From: Actinomycetota bacterium
GTDB taxonomy: Bacteria; Actinomycetota; Thermoleophilia; BMS3ABIN01
Assembly: GCA_023489275.1 (NCBI GenBank)
Contig: JAMDDD010000004.1
Span: 27,802 to 91,801 of the forward strand
DNA: 64,000 nucleotides
Direction of reading: 5' to 3'
Notes under the pieces: model-generated
Seen by the model: the letters and a program-made list of their open reading frames with translations, nothing else
Told to the model about the DNA's origin: nothing
The model's database searches: none
Program-made: the position numbers and the translations under genes
Shown: positions 21,107 through 30,726 of the stretch, piece by piece
Layout: every line of letters begins with the position of its first letter
Position numbering within the stretch: the first letter of the stretch is position 1

Positions 21107-21976
21107 ATGCCTGGCCGCACACGTAAACGTTTGCCGGACGGACACCTGGTCCGTGCCCTCCAGGAAAACTTTGAATCCTTTTCCAAATCGCGCAAGGCGA
21201 TCGCCCGTTATCTCATCGATCATCTCTCCGAAGCGCCGGTGCTGTCGGCTCAGGAGCTGGCCCGGCGTACGAACACGACCAGTTCCACCGTAGTCCGGTT
21301 TGCCCAGAACCTGGGCTTTACCGGATTCACGGAAATGATGAAGGCAGCCTGGGAAGAGCACCGGCTGGCCGGCAGCAATAGCACCGCCGCCAAGCAGCTC
21401 CATTTTCCACTCGATGATGACTTCTCCGGCCGGGCCGTGCGCACCGATATCCTCATTCTGGAAGAAACGATCAAGCGCAATGATACCGATAACTTTTTGG
21501 AAATAATCGCTCAGCTGGAAAAAGCGGATCAGATCTACATTGCGGGAATGTCGGAAGCCGCGCTGGTTGTCAATTATCTTGATTATTACCTGTCGGTGAT
21601 GGGTGTGCCTGTCATCGCCGTTACTGACGGCACCGAGGACTCCGTCGGCCGCCTTGCCGGCATCGACCGGAAGTCGGCGCTGATTGCCGCGGGCTTTGGC
21701 AGCGGTCACCAGTTCCTGCTCCGGTTAATCAGAGCCGCCCGCGAACTGGACGTCTTCACCGTGGGCATTAGCGAGAACCGGATCTCAGAGGTCGCCAAAC
21801 TGGCCGACAAAAACCTTTACTGCTTTCAGGATTCAAGCTCTTTCGCGCCCTCGCTGGTTGGAGCTTTCAGCATCGCCAACGCCATCATCGCGGCGCTTTA
21901 CAGCCATAACAGGCGCGCGTACGATGCCCACATCTCCCGCCTCCGGCGCCTGCCGCTCAGCTCCGACTGGCTTTAA
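21107..21976 (+). CDS. MurR/RpiR family transcriptional regulator (HTH + SIS domain)
   Basis: N-terminal RpiR HTH (ARYLIDHLSEAPVLSAQELARRTNTTSSTVVRFAQNLGF) and C-terminal SIS domain. Confidence 0.8.
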   Translation: MPGRTRKRLPDGHLVRALQENFESFSKSRKAIARYLIDHLSEAPVLSAQELARRTNTTSSTVVRFAQNLGFTGFTEMMKAAWEEHRLAGSNSTAAKQLHFPLDDDFSGRAVRTDILILEETIKRNDTDNFLEIIAQLEKADQIYIAGMSEAALVVNYLDYYLSVMGVPVIAVTDGTEDSVGRLAGIDRKSALIAAGFGSGHQFLLRLIRAARELDVFTVGISENRISEVAKLADKNLYCFQDSSSFAPSLVGAFSIANAIIAALYSHNRRAYDAHISRLRRLPLSSDWL

Positions 21977-22036
21977 AACCAGTTCAAAGTTAAAAGTTAA
22001 GCCCTTTAAATCAATTTGAATTTTAAACTCGGAACT

Positions 22037-22978
22037 CTATTTCACCAGTTCCTGGAGTTCGTGCATGCGCTGCTCGTCGGACGGGTTGGACGTGCCCGGG
22101 GTTTCCATAATCATGGGAACTTCCGCCAGCTGGGGGTGGCGGGCGATGGCCTTTAGCCCGGCTGAAATGTTTCCGTGGCCGATGTGTTCATGCCGGTCAC
22201 GGAACGAAGCCCGCGCCACCGGCGAATCATTGAAATGGATCAGCCCCAGCCGGTCCAGGCCCACCAGTTCATTGAATTCGGCAATCGTCCGGCGGGCGGC
22301 GGCCGCTGATGAAAGGTCGTATCCGGCTCCCCAGAGATGCGCCGTGTCGAGGCAGATTCCCACCGGCGGGCTGATGCCCCGCGCCGCGGCTCCGGCCAGC
22401 ACCTGGGCCAGCTCCTCGAAGCTCGCTCCCACCGTATCACCCGAGCCGGCGCCGTTTTCCAGCAGCAAGGCGGTCCTGCTGATCCTCAGGCGGCTGATGC
22501 CGTCAAGAAGCGCCTCCAGCGATTTGGCGGCGGTGGCGCCCCGGCGGCTGCCGGGGTGAAAGACGACATATTCGCAGGAAAGCGCCTCCGCCCGGTCGAT
22601 ATTTGCCTGCAGCAGCCTGACGGACTTGGCGTAAATGGGAGCGTTGCGGCCCGTGCGGCAGGCAAGATTGATCAGGTAACCGGCGTGCAGGAAAACCGGG
22701 CGGATGTCATGCTCGTCCAGATAGCCGGCAAACCTCGCCGACCCGGCCAGATCGATCTTGCCGGGATTCCAGGCCGACGGATTGCCGGACATGATCTGAA
22801 AAGTGGTGCAGCCGATTTCGCAGGCATGGCGGGCTCCATTAAGCAAGCCGCCTCCCGTGCGGATGTGGATGCCGAGGCGGCGCAGCGGTGTTAGTTTCCC
22901 AGCAGGGACAGATGGTTCAGCGGCCAGTAAATGAGCTCGGCGCGGCCGATGACATTGTTCATGGGAACGAATCCCCAC
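22037..22978 (-). CDS. nfo: deoxyribonuclease IV (endonuclease IV, AP endonuclease family 2)
   Basis: GIHIRTGGGL...FHPGS...HFND match Nfo metal-binding motifs; the ATG at 22978 would overlap lepB by 88 nt, and the conserved N-terminus (LRRLGIHI) has no canonical in-frame start, only a CTG at 22883. Confidence 0.75.
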   Translation of the reverse strand: MGIRSHEQCHRPRRAHLLAAEPSVPAGKLTPLRRLGIHIRTGGGLLNGARHACEIGCTTFQIMSGNPSAWNPGKIDLAGSARFAGYLDEHDIRPVFLHAGYLINLACRTGRNAPIYAKSVRLLQANIDRAEALSCEYVVFHPGSRRGATAAKSLEALLDGISRLRISRTALLLENGAGSGDTVGASFEELAQVLAGAAARGISPPVGICLDTAHLWGAGYDLSSAAAARRTIAEFNELVGLDRLGLIHFNDSPVARASFRDRHEHIGHGNISAGLKAIARHPQLAEVPMIMETPGTSNPSDEQRMHELQELVK

Positions 22979-23667
22979 CGATGGCTGTCATAACTCTCAT
23001 CCCGGTTATCGCCGAGCACGAACAGCTGACCGGACGGCACGGTTTCAGGGGGCATGGTGTAGGTGGTTGGCCTTGCGTTGGGAACCACGAAAGGCTGGGC
23101 GCCCTTGCCGTCGTGTTTGTCAATCAGAACCTGATCATTTTTGACCTCGACTGTGTCCCCCGGGAGGCCGATGACCCGCTTGACAAATGGCGTATCCGAG
23201 CCGAGACTGGCCGGCGGATTGAAAACGATAACGTCGCCGCGGTGAATCGATTCAAAGTGGTAGACAAGACGGTCGGCAAGGATGCGGTCATTATCCTGGA
23301 TCGTCGGAATCATCGATCCGGACGGAATCTGATACGGTTTGGCGACGGTGGCCTGAAAAATCATCGCCACCCCGAAAGCGATCACCAGCGGCGCCACGAT
23401 ATCAAGAAAGATGATGCGTAAAACGCCGCGTTTCTTTTTTTTCGGCGCCACCGCTTCCGGCGCCTGTTCGGGAGCGTCGGGATTAAAGTAATCATAATCC
23501 TCGTACTCCTGATAGACGGAATCAGGCTCCCGCGCCGGCCGATGGCTCCAGCCCAGCTCCGCCGGCGGTGGAGTAATCCAGCCGCCCCGGGGCTCGCCGG
23601 AATTTTTCTTTCCTGTCTCTTCGCGGTCGTTTTCGGGGAACAGGTCTCCCCCGTTAGTATCAGGCAT
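22891..23667 (-). CDS. lepB: signal peptidase I with a long acidic N-terminal extension
   Basis: S26 motifs (PSGSMIPT, KRVIGLPGDTVEV, GDNRDESYDSHRWGFV); ~90-aa Asp/Glu/Tyr-rich cytoplasmic N-terminus before the TM. Confidence 0.85.
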   Translation of the reverse strand: MPDTNGGDLFPENDREETGKKNSGEPRGGWITPPPAELGWSHRPAREPDSVYQEYEDYDYFNPDAPEQAPEAVAPKKKKRGVLRIIFLDIVAPLVIAFGVAMIFQATVAKPYQIPSGSMIPTIQDNDRILADRLVYHFESIHRGDVIVFNPPASLGSDTPFVKRVIGLPGDTVEVKNDQVLIDKHDGKGAQPFVVPNARPTTYTMPPETVPSGQLFVLGDNRDESYDSHRWGFVPMNNVIGRAELIYWPLNHLSLLGN

Positions 23668-23769
23668 GGCTTTCTCTTTTTTCAGCAGCCGGAGGCGATG
23701 CCCGCGGCCTTATCTTGCATCTTAACTGTTTTCGGCGAAGCCCGCCAAACGAAACCCGCAAACAGATTT

Positions 23770-24990
23770 TTACAGCTCCATCAGCCGGACAAACTCCTGC
23801 TGGAAGGTCTTGTTCAGGGGCAGCGCCACGTGCCTGATGCTGGCGCGAAGATCTGTCAGCCGCCGCCGGTTTTCCTCGCTCAGCAGCAGCACGGCTCCCT
23901 GGCAGGCGGCGTCGGGAGTCACTTCGACGCCGGCGGCGTCCGGAAACATTTTCAGCAGGCGGGCATTGTCCAGATTGATATAGCTGCCAAAGGTGCCAGT
24001 AATCAGCATCCGCGATAGCTCCCCCGCGCCCAGCTTTGTTTGCAGAACCGAGATAGCCGCATGGATGGAGGCTTTCACCAGCTGGAAGGAACGGATATCG
24101 TGCTGGCTCACCGTAATCGGGCGCTCGCCGCCCGCGACCGTTACCGGCCCTTCCCGGAGAAGGCGCCCGCTGCCGTCGATCCATCCATTTCGCCTCATCT
24201 CGGCAATTATATCAATGAGGCCGGAGCCGCAAATGCCTCTTGGCTCACCGCCTCCCACTACCTCAAACCGGAATTTTTCGCCGTCGAGCCTGGCTTTAAA
24301 AATCGCCCCTTGAGTCGCCGAGAGTCCAAATGACATGTGAGAATCCTCGTAGGCCGGACCGGCCGGAGCTGACGCGACAAATATACGGCCTTCACAACCA
24401 AGTGCTATTTCACAGTTCGTACCCACATCAACCGCCAGCGCCGGCTTTTCGCTGGCGGCCATGTTCATCAGGAAGATATCCGCCAGGGCGTCGGCGCCCA
24501 CGAAGCCGAAAACCGGCCGGGGGACAAACAGCGTTGCCTCAGGCGCCGCCAGGCCCAGCGCCGCCGCCGGACCGAGGTAATCCTTGGCGCCCCTGATGTT
24601 AAAAGGCGTCCCGCACAGCGGGGCCGGATCGAGATCGAGGATAAAGGCGTACATGGCCGAGTTCCCCACGGCGACGATCTCCTTTAGATCGCGGGCGCCG
24701 ATCCCTGCCTCGTCACCGAGAAACCCCAGAGAATCATTGATCGCTTCGATCACCTCCCGGTTGAGCTCCTGCCTGGCCGCCGGGTTCCCGGCGGCCAGCC
24801 CCAAACGGGTGGCGATATCGGCGCCGTGCTGCTGTTGCGGATTGGGCAGAACTGAAGTGCCGGCAACCGCCCCGTCCGCCAGCCGCACCAGCCGGGCCCA
24901 GATGCTCGATGTGCCGACGTCTATCGCCACCCCGTAACCGGAATCCGGGGCGCTTCCGCGGCTGATCCTGCTGTCGATTTTATCTGGCAT
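23770..24990 (-). CDS. ASKHA-domain protein (DUF4445; RamA/RACo-type activase ATPase domain) without a ferredoxin domain
   Basis: 406 aa; phosphate-1 motif GVAIDVGTSSIW and the ASKHA core; no Cys cluster for [2Fe-2S]/[4Fe-4S]. Confidence 0.65.
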   Translation of the reverse strand: MPDKIDSRISRGSAPDSGYGVAIDVGTSSIWARLVRLADGAVAGTSVLPNPQQQHGADIATRLGLAAGNPAARQELNREVIEAINDSLGFLGDEAGIGARDLKEIVAVGNSAMYAFILDLDPAPLCGTPFNIRGAKDYLGPAAALGLAAPEATLFVPRPVFGFVGADALADIFLMNMAASEKPALAVDVGTNCEIALGCEGRIFVASAPAGPAYEDSHMSFGLSATQGAIFKARLDGEKFRFEVVGGGEPRGICGSGLIDIIAEMRRNGWIDGSGRLLREGPVTVAGGERPITVSQHDIRSFQLVKASIHAAISVLQTKLGAGELSRMLITGTFGSYINLDNARLLKMFPDAAGVEVTPDAACQGAVLLLSEENRRRLTDLRASIRHVALPLNKTFQQEFVRLMEL

Positions 24991-25124
24991 TCGCCTTTGT
25001 CAAATATTTTCTTAAGTAGCTGTCCCGGGCTCGAAACTCCGGGAAATTTTACCCGCCGGGAAGGGCCAGGTAAAGGAAAAACCGGATTTTGGATTTTGGA
25101 CTCCGGATTTTTTAACCTCTAAAG

Positions 25125-25256
25125 ATGGAGAATTGTCTTTCCAAAAGCCCATCTCCTGCCACCGGCCTGGAGGCCAAAGCAAATGGAAAGAACCATATTT
25201 CTCTGATAAACTTGTTTTGTAATATGGGGTGTGGGATGTGGGATAATTTCACTTAA
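25125..25256 (+). CDS. candidate small ORF (43 aa; Cys/Gly/Met/Trp-rich C-terminus NLFCNMGCGMWDNFT), possible precursor peptide
   Basis: single ATG ORF in the AT-rich gap 95 nt upstream of the B12-rSAM gene, same strand; no clear RBS. Confidence 0.2.
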   Translation: MENCLSKSPSPATGLEAKANGKNHISLINLFCNMGCGMWDNFT

Positions 25257-25350
25257 AGGGGGGATCTGCTTTAGAATGCCTCTCCTTTCCGGTCGCGGCC
25301 CAAATTATACCAAATGAATGCAAATGCATCAAAGTTGGGAGACAGCGTAA

Positions 25351-26808
25351 ATGAAGTCCATGGTTATCCTCCCTTCCTGGAAGCCTGACGATATCTATCC
25401 CGCCAAACTCGCCCGGTCCGCAGTCAGCTACCAGCACCCCCTGGGTCTGCTTTATATTGCGACCTGCGTGCAGGAGGCCGGCCACGAGGTCGAGCTGGTT
25501 GATGGCGCTTTCTGGACGCATCAGGAGGTCCTAGACAAGGTGCGCCGCTTCCGGCCCCGGTTTGTCGGCGTCTCCGCCAACGCTTCGATGTGGACCAAGG
25601 CCATCAAGACCGCGGCCGGCATCAAGGCGATTGATCCCGCCATCCACGTCAGCGCCGCCGGTCCCTACCCTTCGGCTGTGGAGGAAAAGTGCCTGGTCGA
25701 CTGCCCGGATTTCGATTCCGCGGTTATCGGAGAAGGAGAAAAAACCATGCCGGAGCTGCTGAGCCGGCTGGAAGCAAACGCCGGCCTGGAAGGGGTAGCC
25801 GGCACCGCCTTTCGCCGCGATGACGGCCGGGTTCACCTTAACGAGCCCCGGCCCCTGATCGAGGACCTGGATTCCATCCCGATTCCGCGGCGGGAGCTGC
25901 TGGGAGATTTTGACAAGTATGAATCGCCGCCGGGAAGCTACCGGCGCAAGCCGATCGCGATCGTGATGACCTCGCGCGGCTGCAAGGCTCGCTGCATCTA
26001 CTGCTTCCAGATGAAGGGGGAGCACCGCATCCGCTTTCGCAGCGTTGATAATGTCGTCCGCGAAGTCAAAGAACTGGTGACCGATTACGGCTTTCGCGAG
26101 ATCAGGTTCCTCGATGAGACCTTCACCGCGGACCGGGAGCGCGCCATGGAGCTTTGCCGGCGCTTTCGCGATATCAAACCCGATTTTAGTTTTTATGTAT
26201 CATCCCGCGTGAACACCGTTGACTTTGAGCTGCTGCGTGAAATGAAACGGGCGGGCTGCTGGGCGATCCTTTTCGGCGCCGAGAGCGGCGTTCAGAAAAA
26301 TCTCAACACGCTGCGGAAGGGCATCACCCTGGATCAGACCAGAGCCGCGGTGGCGGCCGCCAAGAAAGCCGGCCTGAAGGTTTATACTCCGTTTATTATT
26401 GGTATTCCGGGCGAGACATATGAGGAAGCGCTGGAAACAGTAGACTTCGCCATCGAGCTCGATCCGCATTACGCCAACTTTCACACAATGACTCCCTTTC
26501 CCGGAACGGAGCTCTACGACAACGTTGAAAAATACGGCGTCATGTCGTCCAATACTGACGATTACACTTTTGAAGGAGCGGCATTCGTGCCATTTTCCAT
26601 GACTCGCGAGGAAATCGAGCAGGTCCGCACCCTGGCTTTTCGAAAGTTCTATTCCCGGCCAGGTTTTATTTTTAAAAGGATTTTCGAGATTCGCAGCGTT
26701 CATGATCTGAAAACCGTATCGAAGGGCGCAGCGAGTTTTTTCTGGCTGTGGACGCAGAGAAACGCCGCGTCGGCGAAATCCGGGATTCCCGGCAAGAAAA
26801 CAGGGTAG
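25351..26808 (+). CDS. B12-binding-domain radical SAM protein (class B rSAM)
   Basis: 485 aa; N-terminal cobalamin-binding Rossmann-like domain, CKARCIYC radical SAM motif, GGGAGA RBS. Confidence 0.85.
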   Translation: MKSMVILPSWKPDDIYPAKLARSAVSYQHPLGLLYIATCVQEAGHEVELVDGAFWTHQEVLDKVRRFRPRFVGVSANASMWTKAIKTAAGIKAIDPAIHVSAAGPYPSAVEEKCLVDCPDFDSAVIGEGEKTMPELLSRLEANAGLEGVAGTAFRRDDGRVHLNEPRPLIEDLDSIPIPRRELLGDFDKYESPPGSYRRKPIAIVMTSRGCKARCIYCFQMKGEHRIRFRSVDNVVREVKELVTDYGFREIRFLDETFTADRERAMELCRRFRDIKPDFSFYVSSRVNTVDFELLREMKRAGCWAILFGAESGVQKNLNTLRKGITLDQTRAAVAAAKKAGLKVYTPFIIGIPGETYEEALETVDFAIELDPHYANFHTMTPFPGTELYDNVEKYGVMSSNTDDYTFEGAAFVPFSMTREEIEQVRTLAFRKFYSRPGFIFKRIFEIRSVHDLKTVSKGAASFFWLWTQRNAASAKSGIPGKKTG

Positions 26809-26816
26809 CGGCGGTA

Positions 26817-27857
26817 ATGAGCGCATCTGAAATTTCCTCCCCGTCCGTCTCGATTGTCATCCCGGTTTACAACGGCGCCAGAACCATCAGGCTGGTGCTG
26901 GCGGCCGTATATGCTTCAAAGTTTCCGGATTTCGAAGTCATAATTGTCAATGACGGCTCCGGGGACGACACCGCGGCCGTGCTGGACGGCTGCGCCGCCG
27001 GGTTTCCCTTCCGCCTGATCACCTTTGAGCGCAACATGGGAGTCTCCCGGGCGCGCAACGCCGGGGCCCATGCCGCCCGCGGCGAGATCATCCTCTTCAT
27101 CGACGCCGACGTCCTCATCCAGCCGGACACCATCGACCTCTGCGTGGAACGGCTCAACCGGGGCGACTGCGTTTGCGTCGGCGGCGCCTACACCGTTGAT
27201 GCCTGGGACAAGGACTTTTTTAGCAGGTTTCAGTCGCTTTATATCCATTATGTTGAAACCAAGAATCCTTATCCTGATTATATAGCCACGCACTGCATGG
27301 CCATTCGCAAGGATGTGTTTGAAGGCTACGGAAGCTTTATCGAGGACTCGTTCATCGGCCATCAGGCCAGCGTCGAGGACGTCGAATTTTCCCACAGGAT
27401 CCTGAACGCGGGCGAGCGCCTGACGCGACCGTCCTACATCCAGGTGACGCATATCTTTCGCTTCAGTCTGGTCCGGTCGATCCGCAATGCCGTGAAAAAA
27501 AGCAAGTACTGGACCATGTACTCTTTGAAGAACCGCGATGTCACCAAGGACTCCGGAGCTGCCTCATATGAGCTAAAAGCCAATGTCTCGACCCAGACTT
27601 TGAACCTGGTCTTTGTGGTGGCCGCCCTGGCTACGCGTTTCTGGTGGCTCCTTTTGCCTGTCTCGCTCCTGTACGGCGCTAATATCGGGGTCAACTTTAA
27701 TCTGTTCAAGTTGATGCTGAGAAAGCGCGGTCCCTGGTTTCTTATTCGCGGCCTGCTTTATTTTCAATTCATCTACCCATTTGCCGTCGCCTATGGATCT
27801 TTCATCGGCACTATGAAATATCTGTGGGAGGTCAAGCTGCTCCGCCGGTATGGATAA
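26817..27857 (+). CDS. family 2 glycosyltransferase, polyprenyl-phosphate sugar synthase-like (GtrB/ArnC/DPM1-type) with 2 C-terminal TM helices
   Basis: SIVIPVYNGARTI...VNDGSGDDT...DAD GT2 motifs; C-terminal TM pair; ATG 8 nt after the upstream rSAM stop. Confidence 0.8.
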   Translation: MSASEISSPSVSIVIPVYNGARTIRLVLAAVYASKFPDFEVIIVNDGSGDDTAAVLDGCAAGFPFRLITFERNMGVSRARNAGAHAARGEIILFIDADVLIQPDTIDLCVERLNRGDCVCVGGAYTVDAWDKDFFSRFQSLYIHYVETKNPYPDYIATHCMAIRKDVFEGYGSFIEDSFIGHQASVEDVEFSHRILNAGERLTRPSYIQVTHIFRFSLVRSIRNAVKKSKYWTMYSLKNRDVTKDSGAASYELKANVSTQTLNLVFVVAALATRFWWLLLPVSLLYGANIGVNFNLFKLMLRKRGPWFLIRGLLYFQFIYPFAVAYGSFIGTMKYLWEVKLLRRYG

Positions 27858-27859
27858 CC

Positions 27860-27938
27860 AAGTTTCCCGTTGCCAGTTTCCGGTTTCGAGCATCGAGGCC
27901 GGAAACTTGAAACTCGACACCAGAAACTCGAAACTTTA
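27860..27938. repeat. intergenic word-repeat hairpin (AGTTTC/GAAACT units) between the GT2 and rSAM/SPASM genes
   Basis: cagtttccggtttcgag vs ccggaaacttgaaactcg / cagaaactcgaaact, seen directly. Confidence 0.6.
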
Positions 27939-27942
27939 GTTT

Positions 27943-29028
27943 ATGTATTCTCCCCTAAAATACGCGCCCCAGATTTTATTGAAGAACAGGCCGGTTCAGT
28001 TCACGTTCTTCGTTACCTCCCGCTGCAACGCCCGCTGCCCGTTTTGTTTTTACTGGCGCGGGCGGCACAGCAAGCGCCGGGAACTCGATCTGGACGAGAT
28101 CGAGAAGATCTCCCGCGGGATGGGAAGCCTGTTATGGTTGCTTTTTTCTGGCGGAGAGATCTTTCTGCGGCAGGACTTTGTCGATATCGCCGGCTCCTTT
28201 TACCGGAATAACAGACCCGCGATAATCACCCTGCCGACAAACGGGCTGGCCCCGGACCTGATCATCCCCAAGACGGAGGCGATCCTGGCCCTGGCCAGCA
28301 AAAGCGCGGTGGTGGTCAAGGTCTCGCTGGACGGCCTCGGCGATGAGCATGACCGGATCCGCAATACTCCCGGCAGCTTCGAAAAGGCGCTCGAGACCTG
28401 GGGAGAACTTAGCCGTCTGCGCGACCGCTTTCCCAACCTGCAGATCGGCATCAATACTGTTTTCTGCCGGGAAAATCAGGACCATATGGATCAGATCATT
28501 GATTTTGTCAACAATCTTCCCGGATGCGAAACCCATACAATCTCGCTGGTCAGAGGGGACCCGGCCGCACCTGAAACAAAGGATATCGATCTGGAGAAGT
28601 ACCGCCGGGCAATCATGCGTCTGGAGTCTGACTTGAAAGGGGCAAGCCCCAAGATGTACCATTTCAACCTGTCGCGGATAAAATCCGCACAGGATCTGGT
28701 CCAGCGGCAGCTCATCTATGAAACCGTGCGCCAGGGCCGTCGTCAACTTCGCTGCTTTGCCGGGCGCCTGGCTCTGGTCATGAACGAGGTGGGTGACGTC
28801 TTTCCTTGCGAGATTCTGGATGAGCAGATGGGAAACATCCGCGAGGCCGGCTACGATATGATGAAAATCTACCGGTCGTCACCGGCGGACGCCGTCCGGG
28901 CCCAGATCAGTAATTCCCGGTGTTATTGCTCTCACGAATGTTATTTCGTCACAAATATTCTTTTCAACCCCTTGATACACGGCAAGGTGATCAGGCAATA
29001 CGCGAGTCTGCCGCGGCCGGCCCGGTGA
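27943..29028 (+). CDS. radical SAM/SPASM-domain protein
   Basis: 361 aa; CNARCPFC radical SAM motif plus C-terminal auxiliary-cluster cysteines (RCFAG, FPCE, CYCSHEC). Confidence 0.8.
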   Translation: MYSPLKYAPQILLKNRPVQFTFFVTSRCNARCPFCFYWRGRHSKRRELDLDEIEKISRGMGSLLWLLFSGGEIFLRQDFVDIAGSFYRNNRPAIITLPTNGLAPDLIIPKTEAILALASKSAVVVKVSLDGLGDEHDRIRNTPGSFEKALETWGELSRLRDRFPNLQIGINTVFCRENQDHMDQIIDFVNNLPGCETHTISLVRGDPAAPETKDIDLEKYRRAIMRLESDLKGASPKMYHFNLSRIKSAQDLVQRQLIYETVRQGRRQLRCFAGRLALVMNEVGDVFPCEILDEQMGNIREAGYDMMKIYRSSPADAVRAQISNSRCYCSHECYFVTNILFNPLIHGKVIRQYASLPRPAR

Positions 29029-30725
29029 ACCGGGACCAGCCGGTCCTGCCGCGCGTTTCCGTTGTTGACAACGTGCGGCACGGCCGGATAGCGGCGGTGG
29101 CCCGTGCCACGGTTATCTTCCTGTTCGTTCTTGCCGTCACCGTGCCTTTCCTGGGACAGGCGTTTCACGTTGACGACGCCATCTTCTGGGACTTTGCCCG
29201 CAATAACCTGTCCCATCCCCTGGAGCAGCATCTGCCCAACTATTTTCTGATGGGGAAAGAAATTGCGGCGATGCGGGACACCCATCCGCCCCTGGATGAG
29301 CTTTATATCTCGCTGATAATGTCCATTGCGGGGGTCACCGCTTCGGAGTTTTTTTTCCATCTGGGATTCATCGTGTTTCCCCTGATTGCCGGCGTTTCCA
29401 TGTATTTCCTCGGCCGGCGCTTCACAAAGCATCCCCTCGCGGCAAGCCTGCTGTTCCTGTCGGCGCCGGCGGTAATGGTGATGTCGCACACGCTGATGGC
29501 GGACCTGCCGATGACGGCCCTCTGGATGGCCGCCACCGCCGCGTACATCTATGGTGTCGATGCGGACAGCCGGCGGCTGCTGGCGTTTTCGAGCCTGCTG
29601 ATAACGCTGGCAATTTTCATGGGGTACCAGTCTCTGGCCCTTCTTGTCCTCCTGCCGGCATACGCCTGGATCCGGCGGGGACGTCCAAGCCGCCGGAACG
29701 CTCTGCCGTTCTTGCTGCCGCTCCTGTCCTTCGCGCTGTTTACGTTGTTTAATTACGCCCGCTACGAGTCGCCTCCCCGCTTTTCTCACGCCGGCGGTCT
29801 GGGCGTAACAGAGAATGACGTCATCAGCCGGTTTCAGGGGATGATACTGGAAATGGGGGGCATAACAATTTTCCCGCCGCTGCTCGCGGCAGGGTTCATG
29901 CTGCGGCGCAAAAAATATCTGGCTTTGCCGCTAATCGCAGCGATCGCGGCGCTTCTCGGCTGGCGCCAGCTGGCGCCCGGTTATCCGGTCGCCAGCGCCG
30001 TTTTGTTTGGCATATTTGTCTTCGCGGGCGCCTCGATGCTGACAGGCCTGATTACAGAAGGAATAATCCAAATCGTCAACTGGGCCCGGCGCCTTCCGCT
30101 CGACCGGGATTTTCTTTTTCTGGCCCTGTGGCTGGTTTCAATCCTGGCGGCAATTGTCATCCTGCTGCCCCATACCCCGGCCAAATACTATCTGCCCGTA
30201 TTTGCCCCGTTGATCCTGTTGATGTTTCGTGAGGTGGAAACGGTATTTACTTCCCGGCGGATCGTGACCGGTTTTGCCGTCCTGGCCATCGTATTATCCT
30301 TAGTCACCGGCTTCTGGCTCTCGCTCGCCGACTACGAGCTGGCCCGGGCCTACAAGGACTTTGCCCTGTCCGTCCAGAGCCGCTACCGGCCCTCAGGCAC
30401 GGTCTGGTTTGTGGGGGAATGGGGATTCCGGCACTACATGGAGCAACAAAATTACAAATATCTAACCTCGGACAGCACCGCTCCGAAAAAGGGGGATTTG
30501 ATCATCGAGCCCAGTTACATGCAAAGGCCGGTAGCGCCTTCCCTCCAGAGCCGGATGCACCTGATCGGGGAACCGGCGGCCAATTGGGAGGTGCCGGTGC
30601 GGGTGATGAACATGCAGGCCGATGCCGGTTTTTACGGGACATACTGGGGCCGGCTGCCCTTTACCATTACCAGTCTCCCCCTGGAGCGGTTTAAGGTATT
30701 CCGCGTCGGGGACGGCAGCGGCTAG
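29025..30725 (+). CDS. GT-C-type membrane glycosyltransferase (ArnT/PMT, COG1807-like)
   Basis: ~11 TM helices with an acidic first-loop motif (HVDDAIFWDF) and a ~150-aa C-terminal extracytoplasmic domain; GTG start overlaps the upstream stop (GTGA), suggesting translational coupling. Confidence 0.6.
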   Translation: MNRDQPVLPRVSVVDNVRHGRIAAVARATVIFLFVLAVTVPFLGQAFHVDDAIFWDFARNNLSHPLEQHLPNYFLMGKEIAAMRDTHPPLDELYISLIMSIAGVTASEFFFHLGFIVFPLIAGVSMYFLGRRFTKHPLAASLLFLSAPAVMVMSHTLMADLPMTALWMAATAAYIYGVDADSRRLLAFSSLLITLAIFMGYQSLALLVLLPAYAWIRRGRPSRRNALPFLLPLLSFALFTLFNYARYESPPRFSHAGGLGVTENDVISRFQGMILEMGGITIFPPLLAAGFMLRRKKYLALPLIAAIAALLGWRQLAPGYPVASAVLFGIFVFAGASMLTGLITEGIIQIVNWARRLPLDRDFLFLALWLVSILAAIVILLPHTPAKYYLPVFAPLILLMFREVETVFTSRRIVTGFAVLAIVLSLVTGFWLSLADYELARAYKDFALSVQSRYRPSGTVWFVGEWGFRHYMEQQNYKYLTSDSTAPKKGDLIIEPSYMQRPVAPSLQSRMHLIGEPAANWEVPVRVMNMQADAGFYGTYWGRLPFTITSLPLERFKVFRVGDGSG

Positions 30726-30726
30726 A

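Noticed and set aside
19703-21709. 668-aa minus-strand ORF spanning the IMPDH-family and RpiR genes
   Set aside because: It lies antisense to two well-supported plus-strand genes and crosses their intergenic region; its translation is low-complexity (Gly/Ala/Arg-rich) with no recognisable domain, which is typical of antisense open frames in GC-rich DNA
25214-25244. sigma70-like promoter (TTGTAA-N19-GATAAT) for the B12-rSAM gene
   Set aside because: Spacer length is non-optimal and the motif lies inside the candidate small ORF; too weak to annotate, only noted
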